NCBI GenBank assembly: GCA_965369865.1 | Contig: CBDURU010000018.1 | Span: 1-44,272 of the forward strand | DNA: 44,272 nucleotides | Source: an uncultured bacterium | GTDB lineage: Bacteria; JAJVIF01; JAPKYR01 | Direction of reading: 5' to 3' | Shown here: one piece after another, positions 20,479-28,736 of the stretch | Layout of the letters: every line of letters starts with the position of its first letter | How positions within the stretch are numbered: position 1 is the stretch's first letter | Notes under the pieces: model-generated | What the model was told of the DNA's origin: nothing | What the model saw: the letters and a program-made list of their open reading frames with translations, nothing else | The model's database searches: none | Made by a program: the position numbers and the translations under genes

Positions 20479-23220
20479 CTAGAATTCTGTGGTGATATCT
20501 ATCTCCCGCACGACCGGAACCACAGTGAACTCAAGGTCTCTTCGTGATTCACCCGATGTCAGCTCAAACGAAATGCTCACCGGTTCGCGCACCTCATGCC
20601 ACTGAGGGAGCCATTCGCTTCGAACCAGAACCACATAATTACCCGGTGCCAGGTCTGTGTAGAGGAAACGCCCGAACGAGTCAGAGTACCTGTACGAACT
20701 GCCGTCTACAGACTGGAGTTCTATCACCATACCGGAAATCGGTCGCCTTGACGGCATTTCTCCGCGTCCACCGGGTGTTTCGACAAAAACCTGGCCCCCG
20801 ACAGCTACCGATCGCATAACCGGAATCTCTAGCTCGACAGTTGACCCGGCCTCTACAATAAAAATTAGCGGAAGCTCAACTTCGGGTGTCAAACCCACCC
20901 CAAGCGATGGAGTGTCCAGAGTTAACTGGTGCTCGCCGGGATCGAGTGATGGAAATCTGAAAAATCCGTTGTCATCGGTTACCATCGTCATCCCACCGAC
21001 TGAAATCTCAACATTTGGGATTCCCTGCGTTGGATCGTCCGACTGATACAACCTTCCCTCAGCACTTCCCTTGCGTGGGAACATCGTCATCGGAATGCTG
21101 AGCGGATATGTAAATCCGAGCGCGATCTCCGTGTTACCGCCGAATGTTCCGGTATAGCTCCTTGCACGCAGATTCAGCTTGTACCCCGACGGCATTTCCC
21201 AGTTCAACGATCCGTTGATGCTCGTCCGCGACCCTCCGAAACCACCCGAACTCCTTTGTATGCTTAACGACAAATCCATATCCCTGCCCAGCCTGGCATC
21301 GCCCCCCAGACTCAGATCCGTCGTGCGATCCGCTTCAAATCCATTATTTCCCGACGTCCGACTCGTGGCATATCCGAATTTCAGCGATATATCGTGATTC
21401 AGACGGGTAGTGCAGTCGAACCGAAGTGTATTTTCCGTCTCCTCGTCGCCCGTAAGAAGATCCTCATCGGTCCGATCCTGCCACGACGAGGTTATTGAAA
21501 AATTGCCCCAGCTCCTCGAAAACGAATACTCAGTCAGCCTCGATGTCCGATTATATTCTTCCAGAATCACATCCCGCGACCGGTCGATCCTGTGCGACAC
21601 CCGCAGCCGACCGATTTCCTCGATGTTCCACGTCGCGCCGAACCCGATATTCCTGTTCCGACGTCCCTCCTCCTCCGGATTGTTTTCGAGATTATTCTCC
21701 GACTCGTTGTAGTTTCCCGAAATATTCACTCCCTCCAGCGGACTCCATGACAAATTCAGCCGCCTGATTTCCGTGTCCCGCCATCCGCCCCGAAAATCCG
21801 TTTCCGCCCGAAGCCATTCGCAATTCGTAGAAAAACTCCCCGCTTTGTACCTCCCGTTCAGACGCCATGCGCTATCCGACCCCGACCGGCCGATCTCCCC
21901 AGTCACTTCCGTACCCTCCCACGGCTGATATCCCACCAGAAGCCCCAGAATTGTCGACGATTCCGGCTCCCTCTCATACGTCTCCGGTACCGACAGCTCC
22001 GAATCCCGTAACGCCGTCAGACGCACGATGCCCGACTCCCCGATCCCGTGCGCCACCTCCAGGCCAGCCATTTCCACCGGAATGCTCCCACGACCCCGCG
22101 TATAAAACACCCGGTATTCCCCGTCTCCGTTCCGATACAACACCTCTCCGCCCCGACCCGATCTGGACCGCCCCGCAATCCGAGACTCCGTGCTGATTGA
22201 AAAATCGCCTGCCTGGATATACCCCATTTCCGCATCCTCATACCGTGCCCACGGCCTGTAACTTTGACCGAATCCCCCGACGCTGCCGCCGGTTATCGGA
22301 AAGCTGACCCCGGACAGGCTCGCATGCCTTCCCTCACTGAACTCCAGTCCGAGAGTGCCAAGATTGATCCCTGACGCAATTTCCTCCTCGTCCCGCCACG
22401 AGATCAGTGTCTCAACCTCACTTTCCAGCATCGCGTATATCGGTCCACCGGCAAGCTGACTCGGGATAACCCGCGTCGACGTGGTCGCCTGCCATTCCAG
22501 TTCCTCAGCGCCCGGTTCCAGCGGACGCGCGATCACACTCAGCCGGTATCTGACGGACTGGATCAAATCCTCCGGAATCGATGTCGTCACTGTCACAATT
22601 CCGGACTGATACGGGTCCAGCGTAAGCCGACGGTCCGGCGGATCGACCGTCAACCGCCATTCCTGCCGCGATTCAGTCTCAATCACCACTGTTGTCGACG
22701 CGTTCCCCATGTTCGTCACTGTAAACGTCTGTTCGATCTCATCGCCCGAATACGCGGCTGGTCGAAATATCCGATCTTCCCGAATGTCCAGCAGTATCGT
22801 CGCGGGCACTCTCACCAGCACTCCCACACTCGCGGCCTCCGATGGCACACCCCCAGGGAATGCCGATAGCACGATCTCATATTCGCCCGGATCGCCACCC
22901 GCGGGCATGTTCACCGCTACGAACACCACTTCCGCTTCCCCGCTACCGATCCCCAGTGTCGGAGGCATCGCGGTATACTGCCATCCCGGCGGCGCCTCAA
23001 CCGATATCTCAAACAGTCGGGCATCCGGCGCGTCGTTCGTTACACGTATGCTGATTGTCAGATTGCGGTTCAGTACCGCGTCGACCTCAGGCGATGAAAG
23101 AAGCTCCAGTTGCACGTCAGCGTTCGCCGGAACGGGCCGCGACAGCAAAATAAGAAATAAAAAAGCGAGGGTGTATAGCGCCCTCACATTCTTTGATTTC
23201 AAGTTATGGTTACAATGCAT
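20479..23220 (-). CDS. Usher-like outer-membrane protein: N-terminal Ig (NEW3-like) domains, beta-barrel, two C-terminal carboxypeptidase-regulatory-like/SdrD-B-like domains
   Basis: Signal peptide; V.N...PPGW Ig repeats; ~450 aa of amphipathic strands; TDDNGFFRFPSLDPGEH and SDSFGRFLYTDLAPGNY motifs; start uncertain (23220 or 23241). Confidence 0.7.
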   Translation of the reverse strand: MHCNHNLKSKNVRALYTLAFLFLILLSRPVPANADVQLELLSSPEVDAVLNRNLTISIRVTNDAPDARLFEISVEAPPGWQYTAMPPTLGIGSGEAEVVFVAVNMPAGGDPGEYEIVLSAFPGGVPSEAASVGVLVRVPATILLDIREDRIFRPAAYSGDEIEQTFTVTNMGNASTTVVIETESRQEWRLTVDPPDRRLTLDPYQSGIVTVTTSIPEDLIQSVRYRLSVIARPLEPGAEELEWQATTSTRVIPSQLAGGPIYAMLESEVETLISWRDEEEIASGINLGTLGLEFSEGRHASLSGVSFPITGGSVGGFGQSYRPWARYEDAEMGYIQAGDFSISTESRIAGRSRSGRGGEVLYRNGDGEYRVFYTRGRGSIPVEMAGLEVAHGIGESGIVRLTALRDSELSVPETYEREPESSTILGLLVGYQPWEGTEVTGEIGRSGSDSAWRLNGRYKAGSFSTNCEWLRAETDFRGGWRDTEIRRLNLSWSPLEGVNISGNYNESENNLENNPEEEGRRNRNIGFGATWNIEEIGRLRVSHRIDRSRDVILEEYNRTSRLTEYSFSRSWGNFSITSSWQDRTDEDLLTGDEETENTLRFDCTTRLNHDISLKFGYATSRTSGNNGFEADRTTDLSLGGDARLGRDMDLSLSIQRSSGGFGGSRTSINGSLNWEMPSGYKLNLRARSYTGTFGGNTEIALGFTYPLSIPMTMFPRKGSAEGRLYQSDDPTQGIPNVEISVGGMTMVTDDNGFFRFPSLDPGEHQLTLDTPSLGVGLTPEVELPLIFIVEAGSTVELEIPVMRSVAVGGQVFVETPGGRGEMPSRRPISGMVIELQSVDGSSYRYSDSFGRFLYTDLAPGNYVVLVRSEWLPQWHEVREPVSISFELTSGESRRDLEFTVVPVVREIDITTEF

Positions 23221-23253
23221 TATGCCATCTTTCCCGCACAAAATAATTGTTAA

Positions 23254-24210
23254 CTACTCGCTCTCCACTGGTTCCTCAACCACTGGCTCATCCTCAGGCT
23301 CGGCAGGTTCTTCCACCTCTTCCGGCTCCTCCTCTACCGGCTCAGGGGGCGGCGTATACGTATAGTTTACTCGTCCCTGTGCCGCGATAAGTGTCGGAAC
23401 TCCGTAATCCGCGTAAATCATTATCATGTACTCGCCTGATTCTATCGGAAGATCTCTCAGCTCAAATTCAAACTCCCGCGCGCTTGCCGGAAGCACTGTT
23501 CGCTCTTTATGTTCCTGTCCATACACAACCTCGCCGGCTATATCCGTCATCTCAAGCCAGACATCCGGCTTCATGTATATATTGCCCCTGTTTTCGAGAA
23601 CCGCGACAGCGTCAAATCCTCCTTCCGCCTGTTCCATACTAAACGATGTGAAGGTCGCCTCACGTATTTCGGTCCCTTCGATCGTCGAGAAAATCTGGAT
23701 GGCATACCGCCAAATGGTAGTGATGCCGATCACTGTTTCCCCCTCAGCTACCTCGATGTCCGGCTCCTCTTCCGGGATACGCTCAATGATAATCACTCCC
23801 CAGTACGATCCCTCCAGCGTCCGGTCCTCGGGAACATTAATCTCCCAGTTAACATCCCGGGTTTCCTCCGTCTCAAGCGTCATCCGTTCCGGGCTGAATA
23901 TCATCCAGTCCACGAACGACCGTACTTCGTTGCCCCTTTCCTCGTCGATAACGTACCCCTCAGTACTCCCCGGAATCCGTAACCAGTCGCCCAGGTAAAT
24001 CCTGAGCACCACCGGCTCATCGGTTATGTTCGTCACAGGAATCGTACCAGTGAACCTGTCTCCTGGCGAAACGATAAACTCCCTTTGGCCGAAGGAGACA
24101 GAGAAGCCCTGGGCCGCGGCGGGTGATGCCGTCAACGCAATGAAAGCCAGTCCAAACGCAATCAGCGCGATTATTCTCAACGCACGTTTGATCGATGTAT
24201 TTGCTTTCAT
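23254..24210 (-). CDS. Periplasmic pilus-chaperone-like protein (two Ig domains; PapD/DUF916-like)
   Basis: Signal peptide ending AAAQ; TIPVTN, W...SPE, GSYWGVIIIE, ENRGNIYMKP, VLP..ARE; acidic Pro/Glu tail; AGGAG RBS before ATG 24210. Confidence 0.7.
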   Translation of the reverse strand: MKANTSIKRALRIIALIAFGLAFIALTASPAAAQGFSVSFGQREFIVSPGDRFTGTIPVTNITDEPVVLRIYLGDWLRIPGSTEGYVIDEERGNEVRSFVDWMIFSPERMTLETEETRDVNWEINVPEDRTLEGSYWGVIIIERIPEEEPDIEVAEGETVIGITTIWRYAIQIFSTIEGTEIREATFTSFSMEQAEGGFDAVAVLENRGNIYMKPDVWLEMTDIAGEVVYGQEHKERTVLPASAREFEFELRDLPIESGEYMIMIYADYGVPTLIAAQGRVNYTYTPPPEPVEEEPEEVEEPAEPEDEPVVEEPVESE

Positions 24211-24226
24211 AAGCAACTCTCCTGTC

Positions 24227-24826
24227 TTACAAACTCTCAATCGTGAAAATCAGCTCTGTTCCATACTGACCCGGTACATCCTTCATCCAGGCAAGCACAA
24301 CGGCAAAATCCACATAAATTACGCCATCACCCGTTTCAGTGCCCCAGTCAAGTTCCTCCTCCTCCTGTGTAACCGGCAGCCAGGTTTCCTCGTCTGATAG
24401 CTTCCATAACAGGTCTGACAACGGCTTGATATACGTCCCGTCATCGCTGATCCCCAGGTCCGGATCGTATGAGCTTATCGTGATGCGCCACGAAATGTCG
24501 CTCTCCCAGAAGATCGCGTGTGACGGGATAAACGCGTATCCGTCGTTGAATTCATCTTCTCCGACGGTCCCCAGATTAATATCGGCCACAATTATAGATT
24601 GTGCAGCCCGGACAGCCGTCGGGAAGATCAAAAATCCCGCCATCGCAACGATCAGCACAATCCACATGTGCCTTCGGGACCAACCGGGTGCGCTGGCTTT
24701 CAAGCCGGCTCTTTTATGGGACGAACCGGGTGCGCTGGCTTTCAAGCCGGCTCTTTTATGGGACGAACCGGGTGTGCTGGCTTTCAAGCCGGCTCTTTTA
24801 ATCGTATTTGCTTTTTCTTTGTCCAT
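24227..24826 (-). CDS. Pilin-like secreted protein 5 (no N-terminal donor-strand-like segment)
   Basis: SD..W.I, KPLSDLLW, W.KDVPGQY...L.FTI shared with paralogues; N-region contains a 3x14-aa repeat; alternative start 24668. Confidence 0.7.
   Translation of the reverse strand: MDKEKANTIKRAGLKASTPGSSHKRAGLKASAPGSSHKRAGLKASAPGWSRRHMWIVLIVAMAGFLIFPTAVRAAQSIIVADINLGTVGEDEFNDGYAFIPSHAIFWESDISWRITISSYDPDLGISDDGTYIKPLSDLLWKLSDEETWLPVTQEEEELDWGTETGDGVIYVDFAVVLAWMKDVPGQYGTELIFTIESL
24676..24800. repeat. 42-bp tandem repeat x3 containing REP-like hairpin GCCGGCTTGAAAGCCAGC
   Basis: Units at 24676-24717, 24718-24759, 24760-24800. Confidence 0.92.
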
Positions 24827-24834
24827 AACCTGAT

Positions 24835-25110
24835 ACCCCCCCCTCAATCCCCCCCAAGGGGGGAAGGTTTCCTCACCGATCCCCCTTATATTTCCTCATC
24901 GGTCACCCCACCGACTCCCCTCTATTTCCACACCATCCCCCTCTTGGGGGAGTTTTACACACCATCCCCCCCCTGGGGGGATTATAGGGGGGGTCCTTTT
25001 TCTCAACCATCCCCCAAAAGCCATTACCATCCCCCAAAAGCCATACCATCCCCCAAAAGCCATACCATCCCCCCCCTGGGGGGAGGCTAGGGGGGAGGGG
25101 GGAGGGGGGT
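24835..25110. repeat. Poly-C/poly-G palindromic repeat cluster with 19-20-bp tandem ACCATCCCCCAAAAGCCAT units
   Basis: CCCCCCCCTCAATCCCCCCAAGGGGGGAA, CCCCCCCCTGGGGGGATTATAGGGGGG, CCCCCCCCTGGGGGGAGGCTAGGGGGGAGGGGG. Confidence 0.8.
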
Positions 25111-25119
25111 TTCTCTTTC

Positions 25120-25623
25120 TCATGGCGACGACAACTCAAATATCACATATTCGTAATAATAATCACCCGGTACATCCCACGCCATGTCCAGCTTGACCTT
25201 GAAATGGACCGGATACGTCGACTGGTTGGTCGGACCGCCGCTCGCGACATACGCCGACTGCGTGTCCAGCGACGCATATTCACTCCCGCCGTATTTCCAG
25301 TATATGTCCGTTACCGGCTTATCCCACGGTCCTTCCCACAGTTCATCCGATCCCCGAACCGTCATCACCCAGTTCACATTCGCGTTCACACGAGCGATCA
25401 GAACCTCCTGGTGGGTCCAGCCGTCAAGAAACTGGAGGATATCGGGTTCAAATTGAAGGTTGTCCTGTTCAAGTGTGAGCGAGCGTACACCGGGTACGCT
25501 CATTCCAAAACCTGAATCATCGACCGGATCCGCATGCGCAGCCTGACAGATGACAAGCAGTATCACAACTGCAAGGATGAGTTGTTTCAAAATTACCATT
25601 CTCCTGTTGTTCGTATGTTCCAT
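25120..25623 (-). CDS. Pilin-like secreted protein 4
   Basis: Signal peptide ending AAHA; NANVNW, KPVTDIYW, WDVPGDY...VIFEL. Confidence 0.72.
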   Translation of the reverse strand: MEHTNNRRMVILKQLILAVVILLVICQAAHADPVDDSGFGMSVPGVRSLTLEQDNLQFEPDILQFLDGWTHQEVLIARVNANVNWVMTVRGSDELWEGPWDKPVTDIYWKYGGSEYASLDTQSAYVASGGPTNQSTYPVHFKVKLDMAWDVPGDYYYEYVIFELSSP

Positions 25624-25710
25624 AATATTGCCCCCGCAACTGTTTTCCAAATAATATACCATAACCCACACCAGATAATCACCCGTGATAATAATCCGTG
25701 ATAATCACCC

Positions 25711-25780
25711 GTAGAACAGCACGGCAGTGCGTCATTAACCTCTCATATATCGAAAAAAACGCACTGCCGTGCTGTTCTAC
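25711..25780. repeat. Inverted pair of GTAG REPs (family A; REPIN-like)
   Basis: GTAGAACAGCACGGCAGTGCGT at 25711-25732 and its reverse complement at 25759-25780. Confidence 0.85.
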
Positions 25781-25824
25781 GGGACATTACCTTTTCTACC
25801 TGCGACGTGGAAACCATCAAACCA

Positions 25825-26403
25825 TTACACGGCCTCGATCGTAAAGTAGACCGTGGTCCAATACGACCCCGGTGGACTCCACTTCCATAACAGTTCCTTA
25901 ATCCTCCAGTCAATTCCTGGAATTGTCCCTGTTCCAACTCGATCTGCCGGTAATTCTATGTCTATCCAACTCCTGTACCAGTCCAATGGTGGCCAAACTG
26001 GCACAGTTTTGTACTTGCTGTTATCTGGTGGGCCCCACTTGACCTGCAGGTACCATCCAAAACCAGAAGGTCCACCCGTCCATGGGTCCCGATGTACCGT
26101 TACCTTCCAGTTTGGGGTGTTCGACCACCATTTGATTTCGCCATGGTTTACAATCGCCACGGACCCCTCGATCATATCATCCAGCGTGATTATAAATACC
26201 ACATCAGGTTTGTTAACGTCTTCAGGTTCATATTCAATGTAAACAATATCCTGAATGTTCACCGAAACTTCAACATCTTCAGTAACTGCATAAGCCGGTA
26301 ATGGAATTAATACGAGCAATGCAAACGTCAGCACAATGCAAAGCAGTCTCAACTGTATCAGTTCCTTCAGGTTCGTCATTTCTTTTCTTACCAGATCATT
26401 CAT
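25825..26403 (-). CDS. Pilin-like secreted protein 3
   Basis: Signal peptide ending AYA; EDVEVSVNI N-terminal strand; SN..NWKVTV; WSPPGSYWTTVYFTI; start 26403 or 26379. Confidence 0.72.
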   Translation of the reverse strand: MNDLVRKEMTNLKELIQLRLLCIVLTFALLVLIPLPAYAVTEDVEVSVNIQDIVYIEYEPEDVNKPDVVFIITLDDMIEGSVAIVNHGEIKWWSNTPNWKVTVHRDPWTGGPSGFGWYLQVKWGPPDNSKYKTVPVWPPLDWYRSWIDIELPADRVGTGTIPGIDWRIKELLWKWSPPGSYWTTVYFTIEAV

Positions 26404-26487
26404 CGCTTTTCCGGGTAAAGCAGGGGACAAATCTTTGGTCCGGGAGCCTCCGATTGTCCCCTACTTTTTTTTAATGAGTGCTTGTGC

Positions 26488-27051
26488 TTAACTGCTGGCA
26501 CCTATCGTGAATTGCACCGTGTTAGTGTATAAGCCTGGCGGATCATCACCCCAATCCAGGAGGATGCGAAAAGTTACAGGAAAATTCCATTGATTTTGGA
26601 CATTAGGAGTGTAATTTCCTGGAGTCCCCATCTTGACCGCTACAAAGTTCGTAGTGAGAGCAGAATAGGAACCATCCCCATCTATCCAGACAATGTCCCC
26701 CACCGGTTTGTTGCCGTCTCCGCCACCGAAAGGGTCATTAAGGCCCTTAATGGCTACTGTCCAGTTAGCATTGGCCCAAACCCTGCAAGTCTGGACCATT
26801 CCTATCTGTGTCCAGCCAATAGGGTGAGGAGGAAACTGAGTTGGAGCATCGTAATCCAGTAAACCAGATAACGGATCTGGAATATTTGTCACTTCCCAAT
26901 CCATAGATGTGCCTGGATGGACCACGAGTACGAAAGTTGGCTCGATGTCAACACTAACCACGACGTCTACAGGATCTGCATAAGCGCTCATTGGAGCCCC
27001 TAATAGCAGGGCGAGAAAGGTTATCAGTAAAATAAATTTTCTCAAGCGCAT
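26488..27051 (-). CDS. Pilin-like secreted protein 2
   Basis: Signal peptide ending AYA; DVVVSVDI; ANANWTV; KPVGDIVW; WGDDPPGLYTNTVQFTI; AGGTGG RBS. Confidence 0.75.
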   Translation of the reverse strand: MRLRKFILLITFLALLLGAPMSAYADPVDVVVSVDIEPTFVLVVHPGTSMDWEVTNIPDPLSGLLDYDAPTQFPPHPIGWTQIGMVQTCRVWANANWTVAIKGLNDPFGGGDGNKPVGDIVWIDGDGSYSALTTNFVAVKMGTPGNYTPNVQNQWNFPVTFRILLDWGDDPPGLYTNTVQFTIGASS

Positions 27052-27138
27052 AGTTACCACCTTTGTTCTTCACTGCGCACACCTTGTCCGGCACTGCACA
27101 GCAAGATTTGTATAATGGTTCGTTGCAGATCCACGGAA

Positions 27139-27615
27139 TTAATCATCTGCCTCAAGAGTAAAGGTAACTGTGCAACTACAGTCAGCACCCGGGCTGGCCC
27201 AAGAGAATCCATCCAGCTTGGAATCGATGTCGATATCATAACCGCTTCCCGCGGCCTTAGCATCTAGGACATCGTATTCTGTGGCGGCGTTTACCAGCTT
27301 CACCCAGCCAGCATGACCTACAGTACCGTCAGTATCCCCAAAATACAAACCAAAGGTTTGCGCGTTCGTCCAGGCGGTCCTCGAGGCGTTGAGCTCCCAC
27401 AAGTAGTTGCAGGCTCCCGTGACATTGCCGTTGTTGTTCTTAATCATGTACGTGTTGGTGAAATCAGCCGCGAGCGGTGTGAACGTGAAATCGGCCATTG
27501 TGAACACTAAGGTGCTCGTGTCATTGATATCGACTGTCACTAGCACGTCCGTCGATGCAAACGCGGGAGTTGCTAGCAGTAGGAATACTGCCAAAGATAG
27601 AATTAGTTTACGCAT
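27139..27615 (-). CDS. Pilin-like secreted protein 1 (candidate major subunit)
   Basis: AAGGAG RBS; signal peptide ending AFA; DVLVTVDI; CNYLW; WASPGADCSCTVTFTL; first gene of the cassette. Confidence 0.75.
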   Translation of the reverse strand: MRKLILSLAVFLLLATPAFASTDVLVTVDINDTSTLVFTMADFTFTPLAADFTNTYMIKNNNGNVTGACNYLWELNASRTAWTNAQTFGLYFGDTDGTVGHAGWVKLVNAATEYDVLDAKAAGSGYDIDIDSKLDGFSWASPGADCSCTVTFTLEADD

Positions 27616-27915
27616 GATTGCGTACTCCTTTTTATCTCACCAATTTTAGTTTTGATTCAATAATCGGAAGGTGATGAAACGCCGGACCTTTACAGCTTAA
27701 GCTGATATAAGGTTATCCGATTTTTACCTCTTCGGATTATCGCAGGTATGAGTGACCTTTCCCGGATCGGGTCCTTCCACCTGGATCGGTTTGGGGATTC
27801 GCTACACTACTAAACTAATTCTTTCTCTGCGTCGCGTTTCCCCTCTCTGGTTTAGCCTACGCCTTCGTCTCGTCAACCACTCCTGTATTGAAACTTTGAT
27901 GAGTAAGTTCGCAGA

Positions 27916-27944
27916 ATATTACAGGGCGATTATGGGCATGTCAA
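27916..27944 (-). promoter_or_regulatory. Sigma70-type promoter of the pilin-like cassette
   Basis: TTGACA-N17-TAATAT, ~300 nt upstream of the first gene. Confidence 0.65.
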
Positions 27945-27990
27945 GTGTTATAAGCAATTTTATCACATTAAAATCCACTATATTTCAATA

Positions 27991-28050
27991 AACTCTTAAT
28001 AAGCTTTAATCTAACTTAATCAGACTTAATCAGCTTTAATCAATCTTAAT
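27991..28050. promoter_or_regulatory. Six TTAAT motifs at exact 10-bp period (candidate regulator array)
   Basis: aactcttaat aagctttaat ctaacttaat cagacttaat cagctttaat caatcttaat. Confidence 0.6.
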
Positions 28051-28242
28051 GCCTGTTATTTCAGTTTACATATAAATAAGCATCCTGAAGTTCCCCGTAA
28101 ATACAAACATGGGTGTCCAATTCATTCTGATTTCCAGTTTGAATCGAACACCCTGTAATTTACTCAATCAAAAAAGAAGCTCGGTCTCCACCATTTCCAC
28201 GTCGCTCATCTGTAAAATGATTCGGCGGAAATAAACGGCTGC

Positions 28243-28704
28243 TCACGCTCTTATGTCCGTTACCGCAGACCCGCTGTTAATCAGCGATTCCGCTACACTT
28301 GGCACGTCATAAGGTGGTATCCTTCGGATCACCTCACCGGTCCGCTCATTGATAACCTCGACGAGTACATCACCACTTTCCAGATTGATGGTGAACTTCG
28401 CCCGAATCTCAAATGTATCGAAGGTCAAATTAACCTTCCGGAGCATAACAGCAAGTTCCTCAAGGGTCATTCGCTGAAATTGCCCCCGATCCCTCGTTAT
28501 TGCACGACCCCGCTGATTTGAGGAATCCCGAGACCTCTGAGCTTCTTCGAATTTCTGGATTTTCGCAACGCGTTTTGCCGACGGAATAATGTCAGAAGAC
28601 GCATTGCTTTCACGTTTTCCACGCGCAGAAGTTGCCCCCTGCACGTTATTAAGACGTGTCGTCCGATTCAAAAAAGCTGCATCAAGGTTGGTTATATTAG
28701 CCAT
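28243..28704 (-). CDS. flaG: Flagellar protein FlaG
   Basis: VEVINERTGEVIRRIPP motif; directly downstream of flagellin; GGGAGG RBS. Confidence 0.9.
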   Translation of the reverse strand: MANITNLDAAFLNRTTRLNNVQGATSARGKRESNASSDIIPSAKRVAKIQKFEEAQRSRDSSNQRGRAITRDRGQFQRMTLEELAVMLRKVNLTFDTFEIRAKFTINLESGDVLVEVINERTGEVIRRIPPYDVPSVAESLINSGSAVTDIRA

Positions 28705-28736
28705 GAGATATCCTCCCTATTTCAAGGGTGAGATGG

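Noticed and set aside
24676..24800. CRISPR array
   Set aside because: 42-bp units are head-to-tail and near-identical with no spacers
24896..25139. Gly/Trp/Pro-rich ORFs 24896-25123, 24903-25139 and 24599-25090
   Set aside because: Translations of G/C-run repeats; no protein-like features
25629..25643. Second cobalamin riboswitch
   Set aside because: Only one 15-nt motif, on the wrong strand, with no GCCACTG/GGGAAG/B12 box
20479..27615. Type IV pilus, curli or type V pilus
   Set aside because: No prepilin G|F...E motif, no curlin repeats, no lipoboxes in the subunits
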